Shown here one piece after another: positions 9,790-19,247 of a stretch of 64,000 nt of DNA. The position numbers and the translations under genes were made by a program. The DNA is from Carpediemonas membranifera BICM (lineage: Eukaryota > Protista > Fornicata). How positions within the stretch are numbered: position 1 is the stretch's first letter; every line of letters starts with the position of its first letter. The stretch spans positions 1,631,992 through 1,695,991 of the forward strand of contig JAHDYR010000005.1 in NCBI GenBank assembly GCA_019828565.1. The letters run 5' to 3'. Under the pieces are notes generated by a model, which searched no databases, was not told where the DNA came from, and saw nothing but the letters and a program-made list of their open reading frames with translations.

Positions 9790-10720
9790 TCCCAAGCTGA
9801 ACCGCAGGAACAAGGCCATTGTCATGTGGGCTCTCGAGTCCATGATGTCCAGTTCACGGCAGCTCTGCAAAGCTGGGTTGCTGAGCAACTTCGACGAGGC
9901 CAGCAGCCTCGCGATGGACATGGTCATCGAATGCGTCGACGCCGACTGGACCATCAAGCAAGGCGGGCTCATCGACGACACGATGCGCTTCCTGTTCAGG
10001 GTTTCCGACCACGACAACGAGCTCCCCCGCGACAAGCAGCGGCCGTTCGTGCGGGCGTGCATCGCGCTCTTCTTCGACCATCCCTTCCTGCAGACGTCGA
10101 TCATGAGCGCGTTCGGGAACATCTCGAACAACAGCACCGAAGGTTCCAGCATCCTGGTCGAAATGGGCTGCGTGGCATTGCTCGGCGCGGCCATATCGAC
10201 CAGCGATGCCGTGAGCACCCGCAAGACCGCCGCGTGGACGCTCAGCAACGTCGTTGTCGACGTTCCGGAGGTGGCGTTCGAGTCGGACATCATTGACGTG
10301 CTGGCGCAGTGCATGGCGACCGAGAAGTCGCCGCATGTCGGGAAGGAGCTCGTCTACGTTGCGGCCAACCTGATGGACGCCAACGACAACCCGTCCGTCT
10401 TCATCAACTCCGGTGTCATCGATGGCATGATCAATCAGATGATGAACGCTGTCAGCGTCGGGACGAAGCAGCATAGGCTCGTGGAGGAGATGCTCGACGT
10501 TGCTGCGCAGAGCTTGCAGCTCGTTCTGGCATCCAACCGGGAGGGCGACCTCCCCATAGGAGTACTGATCGAGCTCGTTGACGAGGCTACTTGCTTGGGG
10601 TTGGACGTGCATCGTCTGCTTGAATTCATGGACGTCCTGCAGGGCATAGGCGTCATTGATGCGTGGGACCCGGATGATGGCGATGAGACGGGGGATGTAA
10701 CCGAGGACAGCGAGGCGTGA
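9260..10720 (+). CDS. Divergent importin-alpha-like ARM-repeat protein lacking an IBB domain, copy 2
   Basis: Importin-alpha W..N motifs FEASWIITNVASG, QAVWTLGNIAGE, RKTAAWTLSNV. No Arg-rich IBB/KRR segment at the N-terminus. Confidence 0.85.
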   Translation: MPSGAKKLESKVHNGLSEMDGVICELLDFHSHTPDETLKNLTSLRSFFTQKSVIELEADQANTIIDITLPFMLTDPESPEFINDRAYATPNHIFEASWIITNVASGNQTPVVIERGLVPLLCSQIASARSMEDTIMAEKLFSQAVWTLGNIAGERSTDSIVVDIARTGVVAEFAAWLPKLNRRNKAIVMWALESMMSSSRQLCKAGLLSNFDEASSLAMDMVIECVDADWTIKQGGLIDDTMRFLFRVSDHDNELPRDKQRPFVRACIALFFDHPFLQTSIMSAFGNISNNSTEGSSILVEMGCVALLGAAISTSDAVSTRKTAAWTLSNVVVDVPEVAFESDIIDVLAQCMATEKSPHVGKELVYVAANLMDANDNPSVFINSGVIDGMINQMMNAVSVGTKQHRLVEEMLDVAAQSLQLVLASNREGDLPIGVLIELVDEATCLGLDVHRLLEFMDVLQGIGVIDAWDPDDGDETGDVTEDSEA

Positions 10721-11202
10721 TGAGCGGCGAGACAGCAGTGTGGCCTCGCATAGTAAAATAAACGATCACAGCTCCAGGTCGCATATAAGTGTGATGTCGG
10801 TCGATTCTTTATCGCTCGACATGGACTCCGATGTTGTCGCGGTCTGCCTCTCGTGTGCGGGCGCCTCGAAGTGCCAATGAGAACCATTTGAGATCACGTC
10901 TTTGCAAAGAACTCATAGGAAAAGAACCCACAAGGCGACGAAGGTAAATGGAAACGAAGCAGTTCCCCTCACAATCAAAACACGTGTGGAGCAAAAGACA
11001 AACACTGATGTTGTTATTGATAAGAATGAGAGGGACGGCAGGAAAGCGGAGAGGCCGCAGGACGCGTCGGATCCAGGGTTGCCCTTAGATCACCAGCACT
11101 TTTACTGATCATAACATGATTATTGTGTCTTGTTGAGTTTTGCGTTTTCTGCTTTTCATTTGTGTGCGAGCTCTGGTTCCGATTTCATTGCTTAGTGTGC
11201 GG

Positions 11203-12222
11203 TCACACGCAGAGCTTGGAGCTGTTCAGGGCATTGAGCTCGATGACCTCCGTCAGGTGCGAGTCCTCAAGTGCCTGGGAATCAGGGATGTCGGCCGAGC
11301 GGCGCACAAAGAGACGGAACTTCTGAAGACGAGAGGCGACGTTCTCTCTGGTGATGCCCTCGACGTTCATCAGCTGAAGCACGTTCTTAGGCACGGACGA
11401 CTTGATGCCGAGCACCCGGACAGCGGTGACAAAACGCTGGTGGAGCTCGGGGGTCCACACCAGACGTCTGCGGCCGTCCTTCCCGACCTTGCCCTCAGGG
11501 CGGTTGAGGTAGGCCTCGTCTTGGTGTGCATCGAAGGCCGCCCGGTCCATCCTGCTGAACTGGGGGGCAATGCGCTGAGTCTGGACGAATCCAGAGGGGG
11601 CAGGCTTCACAGCCGCCTCAGTCTTAACCGCAGGCTTAGTTGGGACCGGTACTGAGATGTAGAACTGATCGCTCTCAGTGAGAGAAGACTTGGGGACAAG
11701 CAAGCGGCGAGATGTCGACAGTGGGGCGAGTCTAGTGATGTTCAGGGGGATGAAACCGACAGCATCAGTCGAGGGGTTGTCGATGGGCATGTCTGGCCGG
11801 TTAATAGCATGGCTAGCGATGGTCTGGAGCGGCATATCGGGCTCTGGGATGCAGACCATCTGCGCAGGGTTAAACGACTTCAGCTTGGGCAACTCCGTCA
11901 TGGGAGTGGCGATAGAAGGCTTAGCCATTATGGGCTTGGAGAAGGGGGCGAAGCTTGGCTGCGGCATCGGCTCGACGCGGAGAGAAGGGGCCTGAATGGC
12001 AACCTCAGGGAAACCTGAGAAATCAAGCGGAGGCAGAGAAGGAGCGAAGTCCGGTCTCATTGGCTCCGCCATAGGAGGAAGAGAAGCCGGGTTAGATTGA
12101 GAAAGAAGGGTTGGTTTGTCCTTTCTTTCCAAATCAATCATCATGTTGGGTTCGGACGTGAGAAAGAAGGCCTCATCGCGGTATACAGACGAATTTTCAA
12201 GAAGGAAATCGAAGCTGTCCAT
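11203..12222 (-). CDS. GARP/SHAQKYF-class Myb-like transcription factor
   Basis: C-terminal RRRLVWTPELHQRFVTAVRVLGIKSSVPKNVLQLMNVEGITRENVASRLQKFR, Pro-rich N-terminal half. The start could be ATG 12372 (only 5 bp from the upstream gene's stop) or 12222. Confidence 0.9.
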   Translation of the reverse strand: MDSFDFLLENSSVYRDEAFFLTSEPNMMIDLERKDKPTLLSQSNPASLPPMAEPMRPDFAPSLPPLDFSGFPEVAIQAPSLRVEPMPQPSFAPFSKPIMAKPSIATPMTELPKLKSFNPAQMVCIPEPDMPLQTIASHAINRPDMPIDNPSTDAVGFIPLNITRLAPLSTSRRLLVPKSSLTESDQFYISVPVPTKPAVKTEAAVKPAPSGFVQTQRIAPQFSRMDRAAFDAHQDEAYLNRPEGKVGKDGRRRLVWTPELHQRFVTAVRVLGIKSSVPKNVLQLMNVEGITRENVASRLQKFRLFVRRSADIPDSQALEDSHLTEVIELNALNSSKLCV

Positions 12223-12376
12223 ATAGTTCGTTCTTAAGGCAGGAGTAGCTAGTATCAGCTCGGTTGAAGGAGATGACTTGCCGACAGTCGGTATAATTAT
12301 ATTGTTACGTGTCAGGAAATGTAATTCTCGAAATAACTTTACTGGCTCAATACTGATATATTCAACATCCATCAGT

Positions 12377-13972
12377 TCAAATCAGCCCTAAGACACTCCT
12401 GGGACGCTGACCTACAGACGTCCCATCTCTCCTGATACCTATGCCCGCGCTCGTGGGACGCGGGGGCTTACGAGGCCCACGGGCCTGAGGCTCGGCTTCC
12501 GGGCGGGCAGTGCCTCTCACGGCCAGCTCGCCCTCAGCACCATCCTCCTCAATGGCAACGGTCTTCTTCTTGGCGGGCGTCGTCTTCCCCAGCCCCGTGA
12601 GGTCTTGGGCGGCGCTGCCAATGACGGTGTGCGGTCTAAACTCGTCTCTCTGCCTCCTACCAAACGCCGAAACCGTCCCAGGCCGAACCCTGCTTGCTGC
12701 TGCGGACGATGATGGCCTACTTCCAGCGACAGAGGGCTCTTTGAACATCTGGCGATGCTGCTCGATGTACGTCTTCAGCTGGCGGTTTTCTCGCTCCATG
12801 GCGGCCAACCGCTCGCCGTTGTTCGAGCTGCTCTGCTGCAGCGTACTGTTCTGTCGGGTCAGAAGCTCGATCTTCTTTTGCCTCGAATCAAGCATTCCGT
12901 GAAGCCTCTGGAAGATCTGCTTAGGCCGCATCCGCGTGTCGTCCTCGTGCGACAGGTACTTCATCCATAGACTGTTCGCCTGCGACGATAGCTCCCTCAA
13001 CATAACACCGGCCCTGTTGGGGTCGTGGGCTGCGCTGACAGTCTTAAGGGCGGCCAGGATCTGTTCGGGATCGCTCATATCAGGTCTGTCAATCTTGTTG
13101 TTGGGATCGATAAGGTTCGACTCCCTTTCCCAGACATCCCAGAGGTCAACGATGCCGAAGACCAGGGCCAGATGTTTCCTCTTGAGCTCCTCAGCCTGGT
13201 CCACGGTCGACTGTTGCTGCGCCTGGATCTGGAGCAGCTCGTTGATCCTTGCCTCACTCTTCGAGAGGGACTGGAGGAGGTCGGTCACCTGGGTCTGAAG
13301 CTTCCCCTCGGCATCCTGCTTGGCGCGGTGGCTCTGACGCTCGAGAGAGGCCTTGGCCTCCTGGGCCTCAACGATCTCTGTGTACAGCGTGACTTGCTGT
13401 GCTTCGAGCGTCTCTAGCCGAGTAATGACCTCTTCGGGGGAGGAGAAGTGGAATCGCTCGGAAAGTGCATCGAAAATTGGTTCAAACTTTGCGAATGTCT
13501 GCAGACGGCGCTGGGACTCCACCTCACGTACCTGCATACGCCGCATCTTCTTGTTCAGGAGCTCGATAGTGTCTCTCAGAGACATCTCAACAGACTTGGC
13601 CTCGTCGAGATCATCGCGGTATTGCTCGACCTGGCGCTCAAGAATGCAGAGCTCCTCGTTGTTCTTGTTCAGCGTGATGTCGAAGGCCTGCTGAGACTCG
13701 TCAATGCGTTTCTGTGCTTGTATCTTGATGTCCTCAACATGCATTGTGTTGATAAAGGACTTGTAGTTGTCTCGACTGGTCACAGCGATAGATGCTACCA
13801 TGTCTGATGGCTTCTCCGACTTCTCACGCCGGAATTGGGCGCTTGCAACACGAATTTGCTTCAAACTTTCTTCGGCGCGCTTTCCACGGTGTTCGATCGC
13901 TTTGAGCAGCTTACCTGATGGAAGCGTCTTCATAATGTCTTCCTCGCTGTCCATCCAATCGGTTTTCGTCAT
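12377..13972 (-). CDS. Coiled-coil protein, possibly CCDC42/CFAP73-like flagellar protein
   Basis: Long heptad-rich ORF. KFEPIFDALSERFHFSSPEEVITRLETL resembles the CCDC42/CFAP73 core. CDS is secure, family is tentative. Confidence 0.6.
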   Translation of the reverse strand: MTKTDWMDSEEDIMKTLPSGKLLKAIEHRGKRAEESLKQIRVASAQFRREKSEKPSDMVASIAVTSRDNYKSFINTMHVEDIKIQAQKRIDESQQAFDITLNKNNEELCILERQVEQYRDDLDEAKSVEMSLRDTIELLNKKMRRMQVREVESQRRLQTFAKFEPIFDALSERFHFSSPEEVITRLETLEAQQVTLYTEIVEAQEAKASLERQSHRAKQDAEGKLQTQVTDLLQSLSKSEARINELLQIQAQQQSTVDQAEELKRKHLALVFGIVDLWDVWERESNLIDPNNKIDRPDMSDPEQILAALKTVSAAHDPNRAGVMLRELSSQANSLWMKYLSHEDDTRMRPKQIFQRLHGMLDSRQKKIELLTRQNSTLQQSSSNNGERLAAMERENRQLKTYIEQHRQMFKEPSVAGSRPSSSAAASRVRPGTVSAFGRRQRDEFRPHTVIGSAAQDLTGLGKTTPAKKKTVAIEEDGAEGELAVRGTARPEAEPQARGPRKPPRPTSAGIGIRRDGTSVGQRPRSVLGLI

Positions 13973-14156
13973 AATGGCAGAATCGGTCTCGTTTCGGAAC
14001 TTTTGCAGGCAATCGAAATTTTAGAGCGCCTTGCAGAGCAAGGTGACCGAAACCTACAACTCCGTAGACATGCGACGACCGCGAATACCGTCCCAAGATT
14101 GACCTCTTCCATTTTGAGAAAACGAGATCTGGCTGCATGACAAGGGCGAGTGCTTG

Positions 14157-15137
14157 ATGAGAAACAGCAGGAGCTCACGACGATTCAAGCCATACGATCT
14201 GGTGAACATCAAAGTGAAGCTGCGGGATCACAAATACGTTCTATCCCGCTTCCTGATTGCCAGGCAGCTAACTCAGACGCTCATTCCGTCCACTGCCGCT
14301 ACTACGATCGCCAATCACCTCAAGAAGCAGCTTGTGGATACTAGGAAGGTCAGTATCACACAGCATGAGCTCGAACAGTACCTCTTCGACATGATGCGCG
14401 AGTACGGCTTCGGGCGTCTCTTTGCCGATCGCTTCCTCGTCCTCACGGCCTTCCACCAGAGCAGAACGCCCCTTGTGATCTTCATCGCGGGCATCAATGG
14501 CATCGGAAAGTCCTTTTTAGCCACCCAACTCGCCGAGAGACTGAACCTCCCTCATGTTGTTCAAACCAACACCGTCCTTGCGCTCATGGAGGAGCTCGAG
14601 ATGATCCGGGGCCCTAGCAACCAGCAGATAGTGCAGGACACCCTCCCAGTTGACACAGTGGTCGTCTCTGATGACCAGGGTGTTGCCATGCTCGTCGAAC
14701 AACCCGACCGCACGGATATGGCGGACCTCACTGACTTCAGAAAGGACTGCGCGAGGGTGAGAGCATCGCTGGCGGATGATATACGGAAAACGCTGGCTGA
14801 GGGGAAGCCAATCATATTTGAGGGACCACATATCGATCCAGATCTTTATACAGATTTGATCGATCACTCCGACGCCGCAGTAGCGTTCTTCGTGCTCCAC
14901 ATCGACCCTGATCGGTACCAGCAGCTTGCAGACCGACTCCCCTCCACCCTCGACTCTATCCACACCTCCGGTACTGCCATCGCCGTGCAGGACAGGCTGG
15001 AGCGTGCAGCCCGGCGTATGATGCTGCCACTGATCTCTTTGGACGAGCGGAGGGACTCGGAGATACTTGATGAAATGCATGTCCATGTACTGAAACAGAT
15101 CGAGCACGCCGTCGGACGAAAGTTAGTTAGTCGTTGA
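14157..15137 (+). CDS. 2-phosphoglycerate-kinase-related P-loop NTPase (LPA1-like family)
   Basis: N-terminal YDLVNIKVKL..HKYVLSRFLIAR helical region, Walker A PLVIFIAGINGIGKS followed by LATQLAERLNL, later PIIFEGPH. Confidence 0.8.
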   Translation: MRNSRSSRRFKPYDLVNIKVKLRDHKYVLSRFLIARQLTQTLIPSTAATTIANHLKKQLVDTRKVSITQHELEQYLFDMMREYGFGRLFADRFLVLTAFHQSRTPLVIFIAGINGIGKSFLATQLAERLNLPHVVQTNTVLALMEELEMIRGPSNQQIVQDTLPVDTVVVSDDQGVAMLVEQPDRTDMADLTDFRKDCARVRASLADDIRKTLAEGKPIIFEGPHIDPDLYTDLIDHSDAAVAFFVLHIDPDRYQQLADRLPSTLDSIHTSGTAIAVQDRLERAARRMMLPLISLDERRDSEILDEMHVHVLKQIEHAVGRKLVSR

Positions 15138-15198
15138 GCGGGCTATTGTTTATGGACAGGATGAGGTAAATTACTATTTCTACAGTAAATGGGGGTAT

Positions 15199-16740
15199 TT
15201 ATGGCCCGGGGTTGACCAAAACAGGGAAGATCTCAATGATGTCGAGTGTTGGGGGCTCGTCTCCGGGATGGACCTCAGCCACGCCGCCCGACACGCGATA
15301 TGTCGTGAACCACAAGCCCTGCTTATCTCTGAAACTGTTGTTCCCCAGACTCAGAGCAGTTGCTTCGAACTGCATTACGTAGTTAACATCCAAGTATGTG
15401 TTCACGTAATTCGTCCTACCTTCAGTGACCCAGACAACATAGTCGTACCCACAAGACCATCCAATGACGCTCCCAGCAAACGACAGTGGTGTAATACCGG
15501 GGGTATTGCCCTGACTGTGCAGGCCCGCACGGAAGATGGCATGAGGGATGTCGCCAGCAAGAACGAGGCGGTGGTCGCTGAGGAATATCGTAAATGTGTT
15601 AGTGAATGCCGTCTTGCCTAGGACCCGGTCAACATGGAAGGGGAGGGGGGTGAATGATGGCACGGGCTCTCTGTGGCCGAGTCCCAGCTGACCGTGGTCG
15701 TTGGGGCCCCATATCATCTGTTGATCACCCATGGAGATAATCACTACTGAAAACTGGTTCATGATGTGATCTGGGACAAACCCTTCAGGCAGAGTCACCT
15801 CTCGTAAACAGCAACCACCGCTGGCGAGCTGGCTGAAGAAGGTGGTCGTGGAGTTGCCAGCCATCACAAGCCCAACTCTAGTGAGGATGAATATGCTTGT
15901 ATCGTCCAGAGAGACGTGGGTCACCAGCTCAGCCCTGTTCCATGGGGGTAGTCCCGTTTCATAGGCGGCAGTTTTAGGACAGGACGAAAAGGAGAGCGGG
16001 GTAGGGTAAATGCACCCGCGATCCACCTCGGCGGCAGGACACCAGCCCCACAGGCCCCTTGTTGTTTGGGCGATGATGCCATGGCCACAAGATGAGAGGG
16101 CGACAAGACGAGGGAGACGGACCCTGGCGAGGGGGTGGGCCGGCGTGGTTGTTGCGGTAAGGAGCCGGCCAGCATACGCCATGTAGATGGGTGTGGCAGG
16201 GATGAAGTTGCTCTCACCATCCTTTGCGGCAATGTTGTGGCAGAAGAAGAACTTGCGGCAAATGAACCAGAGGATCTTAGCATCTGGTCTAAAGCGCTCC
16301 TGGAACTCGGTTGGAAGCTTATCATCGAGGTCTGGGTTGGCTCCTGTCTGCATGATAATACTCCAGAGAGTGCCCTGGAGCAGCGTGTGCAGGGCGACCG
16401 GGAGCTCCTGCCCATCAGCGAGCTCGACGTTCATACTTAGAGGGGGGCCGTCTGTGAGAATGGAGCGGGCGCGGTCGAGGAGGGTCTGGGCTCCTGGTTT
16501 GAGCATGGGGACCTTGGCGAGCAAATCGACAAGGGATTCGAGGGAAGTATCACTCGCTATTCTTGATGCACCTTCCTGCTCCTGGATCAAGGGCATAGTA
16601 TGCTTGAAGTGCCGCGAGTAGGCGTGGCGAAGAAGAGAGGGAACGTCTCCGGCGGTGGAGGCCGTAAGCAATACTGCAGCGCGGTAAGCGGATATAATAG
16701 AGTATCTTATCCCGATTTCCTCGCTTTTAGATCCATGCAT
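15199..16740 (-). CDS. Lineage-expanded F-box-like/degenerate RCC1 protein (member B)
   Basis: GDVPSLLRHAY, DRARSILTDGPPLSMNVEL, HTLLQGTLW, LWFICRKFFF, GPNDHGQLGLGH, PLPFHVD shared with A, C and D. Confidence 0.85.
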   Translation of the reverse strand: MHGSKSEEIGIRYSIISAYRAAVLLTASTAGDVPSLLRHAYSRHFKHTMPLIQEQEGASRIASDTSLESLVDLLAKVPMLKPGAQTLLDRARSILTDGPPLSMNVELADGQELPVALHTLLQGTLWSIIMQTGANPDLDDKLPTEFQERFRPDAKILWFICRKFFFCHNIAAKDGESNFIPATPIYMAYAGRLLTATTTPAHPLARVRLPRLVALSSCGHGIIAQTTRGLWGWCPAAEVDRGCIYPTPLSFSSCPKTAAYETGLPPWNRAELVTHVSLDDTSIFILTRVGLVMAGNSTTTFFSQLASGGCCLREVTLPEGFVPDHIMNQFSVVIISMGDQQMIWGPNDHGQLGLGHREPVPSFTPLPFHVDRVLGKTAFTNTFTIFLSDHRLVLAGDIPHAIFRAGLHSQGNTPGITPLSFAGSVIGWSCGYDYVVWVTEGRTNYVNTYLDVNYVMQFEATALSLGNNSFRDKQGLWFTTYRVSGGVAEVHPGDEPPTLDIIEIFPVLVNPGP

Positions 16741-17160
16741 GGCGCAGATCGACGATTCTACCCCAATTGCTCAACTCAGTCTGGGGTCGGCGCATCTCGC
16801 CATGCCCCCTTTATATAAATCCTCCCTGCCTGCAATGAGCAGCCCTACAGGCTAGCGTGAGGTGAGAGGAGCGAGAGGGGTCCCGCTGGCACTTAATGGG
16901 CGGGGTTGGGCGGGCACTGCCCGCACGCCTTGCGGAAAACCGCGACATCGATGGCGACAAGGGGGCCGCCGGGTGTGCGCCATGCCAGGCCCAGCAGATG
17001 GTCTATGCCGTGGTATTACAGCATTCCACGAGTGCGCATCGCCGCCTTACGATGGGGTGCAGTTTAGTCTACCAACCAACACTCTACGATTCACAAGGGT
17101 GTTCCCAACAACGATAATCAACAACTGCCAGCTCTCAAATTAGACAACTTCACCGTTAAG

Positions 17161-17751
17161 ATGCAGTCCGGTATTCTATCCAACGACCGCGTCTTCGTTC
17201 GAGGATCCTTGACCGTCAGATGCGACATCAGCACTGACATCATTCCGAAAGGACTTGTTTTCTCAGTTAGATGCCCCGCTCAAGCAAGAATCCCTCACAA
17301 GTGCGACAAAGTTGTGAGTTACTACACACTTGAAACGATGGCCGATGGCAACGCTCTCATCTTCACTTTCCCTGACAAGTTCTACTTCAACGGCTTCAAC
17401 GTCATCAACGAGCGCCGTGTGTTCGACGACCAGCCTGCCGACCTCAACCACGCCCTCAAGGCCGCCCTCGTTCACGACGTCCTCATCACCTATCAGCAAA
17501 TGTTCGGGAACATCAAGTGGGGCATCGGGGTTGGTAACACACTCAACAACCTCAACCTGCGACAGCTGGCCGACTTCCTCTTCGAGCAGCTGCTGAAGAA
17601 GGATGATTTCTGTCTTGTCAACCGGTATAACCTGGAGATCGCCATGATCGTTGGAGCTGTCAAGTTCAACACAACAAGGCTCAGGGTTAAGGCCAGCGCG
17701 CCATTCTTTGGGGGGAAACGGCGCACGCCCAGGAAGCTGCCCCTATGGTAA
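17161..17751 (+). CDS. DUF1353-like protein
   Basis: Motif order FPDKFYFNG ... AALVHDVL ... RQLADFLFEQLL matches the DUF1353 pattern (xPxGFxxDGAS ... AAxVHDxL ... RxxADxxFxxxM). Confidence 0.6.
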   Translation: MQSGILSNDRVFVRGSLTVRCDISTDIIPKGLVFSVRCPAQARIPHKCDKVVSYYTLETMADGNALIFTFPDKFYFNGFNVINERRVFDDQPADLNHALKAALVHDVLITYQQMFGNIKWGIGVGNTLNNLNLRQLADFLFEQLLKKDDFCLVNRYNLEIAMIVGAVKFNTTRLRVKASAPFFGGKRRTPRKLPLW

Positions 17752-17876
17752 GCCGAGCCACTGTTTGCGATGACGATAAAACCAACCATCACGGAGTGTA
17801 GACTGTCCGAGGATGACATGTTGAGCCAGCATCTGCCTCAGTGCCGTGCAGCTTTCGCAGCTTTAGCAGCTTTGCA

Positions 17877-19013
17877 ATGGAGTCGACGATTAAGGCTGTC
17901 CACGCCACAAATAGGGGCGGGATTCCATTCCTTATGCCTGATACTCTCGCTGATATTGGTATCAGCGACGTCTCCGTCGCGTATTCCGACTTTTTCACTG
18001 GAAAGACGAATGTACGCGATCACATCACTTCTGTGGCCTCTAAGTCAAAGAAAGAGGGTGCCCTTGCCCAATACGTTGGAATGGCACAGGATACTTTCCT
18101 CATTCCGGCCTCTGACGACAACCAAATGACTGAGGTACGACCAGCCAATAAGAAGGAGACTGTGCACGTCATGACACCCTTCGGACACCAGCAGATCAAC
18201 TTTGAGCAATACCTAGAGGATGTTGCTGCTCTCAAGCCAGCTCTGGCGGTGCTGCCCATCCCAATAATGCCCAAGGAAGTCCCCACTGCGGCGGCCCCGA
18301 AGAACGTCGCCATTAAGATGGTCAGATACAGGGAAGGGCTCATGAAGAACGCGGCTAAGATGCTATGCAAGGTCCCAGCCAAGTTCGACGTCCCCCTGCT
18401 CGTTCCCATCGCATCTAGAGACAACTTGAGTGAAATTTGTGAGATTGTCGAGAAATCTGAGGCAATCGTCGGCTATTCCCTGTCAGCGGCCCCACTGGGC
18501 GATGATACTCAGACATATCTATCCGATTTAATAGATTTCCTCCCAAAGAAACAGATTTATTTTACCACAGTGAGTTGCCCCCTCGAAGCCTGCGAGGCCG
18601 CTCTTGCCGGTGCCACCCACATCCACAGTGATGTCCCGACCCGGCTGGCGAGCATGGGTTTGGCGTACAGCTTCAGTCTCGACATGAAGGAGTACGAGGG
18701 CAAGAAAGCCCTCGCAGAGGACGGCGTGGCTGCACCCAAGGCCAAGCAGCCACTCCTCACCAACCTGTGGGACCGTGTGCACCAGCGGGACACGAGCCCT
18801 CTTGTGGAAGGGTGCGGGTGCTATGCCTGTGCCCATCACCAGCAGGCCTACATCCACCACCTCACATCCATCCGGGAGTTGACTGGGTCAGTCTTGATCT
18901 CTGCCCACAACGTCCACAGCTGGCAGAGGCTTGTGGAGAGGCTGGGCTCGTTCGGGTCAGACAGGGCGGGGCTGGTGGAGTTTGTCGGGTGGTTTAGGAG
19001 GGTTTATGGGTAG
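17877..19013 (+). CDS. QTRT2: Queuine tRNA-ribosyltransferase accessory subunit (TGT family, non-catalytic)
   Basis: TNRGGIPFL near the N-terminus, zinc site CGCYAC..H...YIHHL...E..G.VL...HNVH. Lacks the catalytic DSGGFQ motif of QTRT1. Confidence 0.75.
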   Translation: MESTIKAVHATNRGGIPFLMPDTLADIGISDVSVAYSDFFTGKTNVRDHITSVASKSKKEGALAQYVGMAQDTFLIPASDDNQMTEVRPANKKETVHVMTPFGHQQINFEQYLEDVAALKPALAVLPIPIMPKEVPTAAAPKNVAIKMVRYREGLMKNAAKMLCKVPAKFDVPLLVPIASRDNLSEICEIVEKSEAIVGYSLSAAPLGDDTQTYLSDLIDFLPKKQIYFTTVSCPLEACEAALAGATHIHSDVPTRLASMGLAYSFSLDMKEYEGKKALAEDGVAAPKAKQPLLTNLWDRVHQRDTSPLVEGCGCYACAHHQQAYIHHLTSIRELTGSVLISAHNVHSWQRLVERLGSFGSDRAGLVEFVGWFRRVYG

Positions 19014-19247
19014 ATAAAAGAGGCGGGGCTGTGTTTGTCAGTATTAGGTTAGATTCGCGGAGACATCGGATTCTCGGAAGACGGATCTGGAATCTGACGT
19101 TATCTTTATAACCATCACCCTGACCCTTGGTCTCGTCTCGATGAATCAGCCTCGCCAAAGTCGAGCCAATCAGCAGCGCACCGGGGTCCGCCGGAATCTG
19201 ACTAATCAAATGATTACGCACATTGGCCAATCGCACCATCCGAGCTC

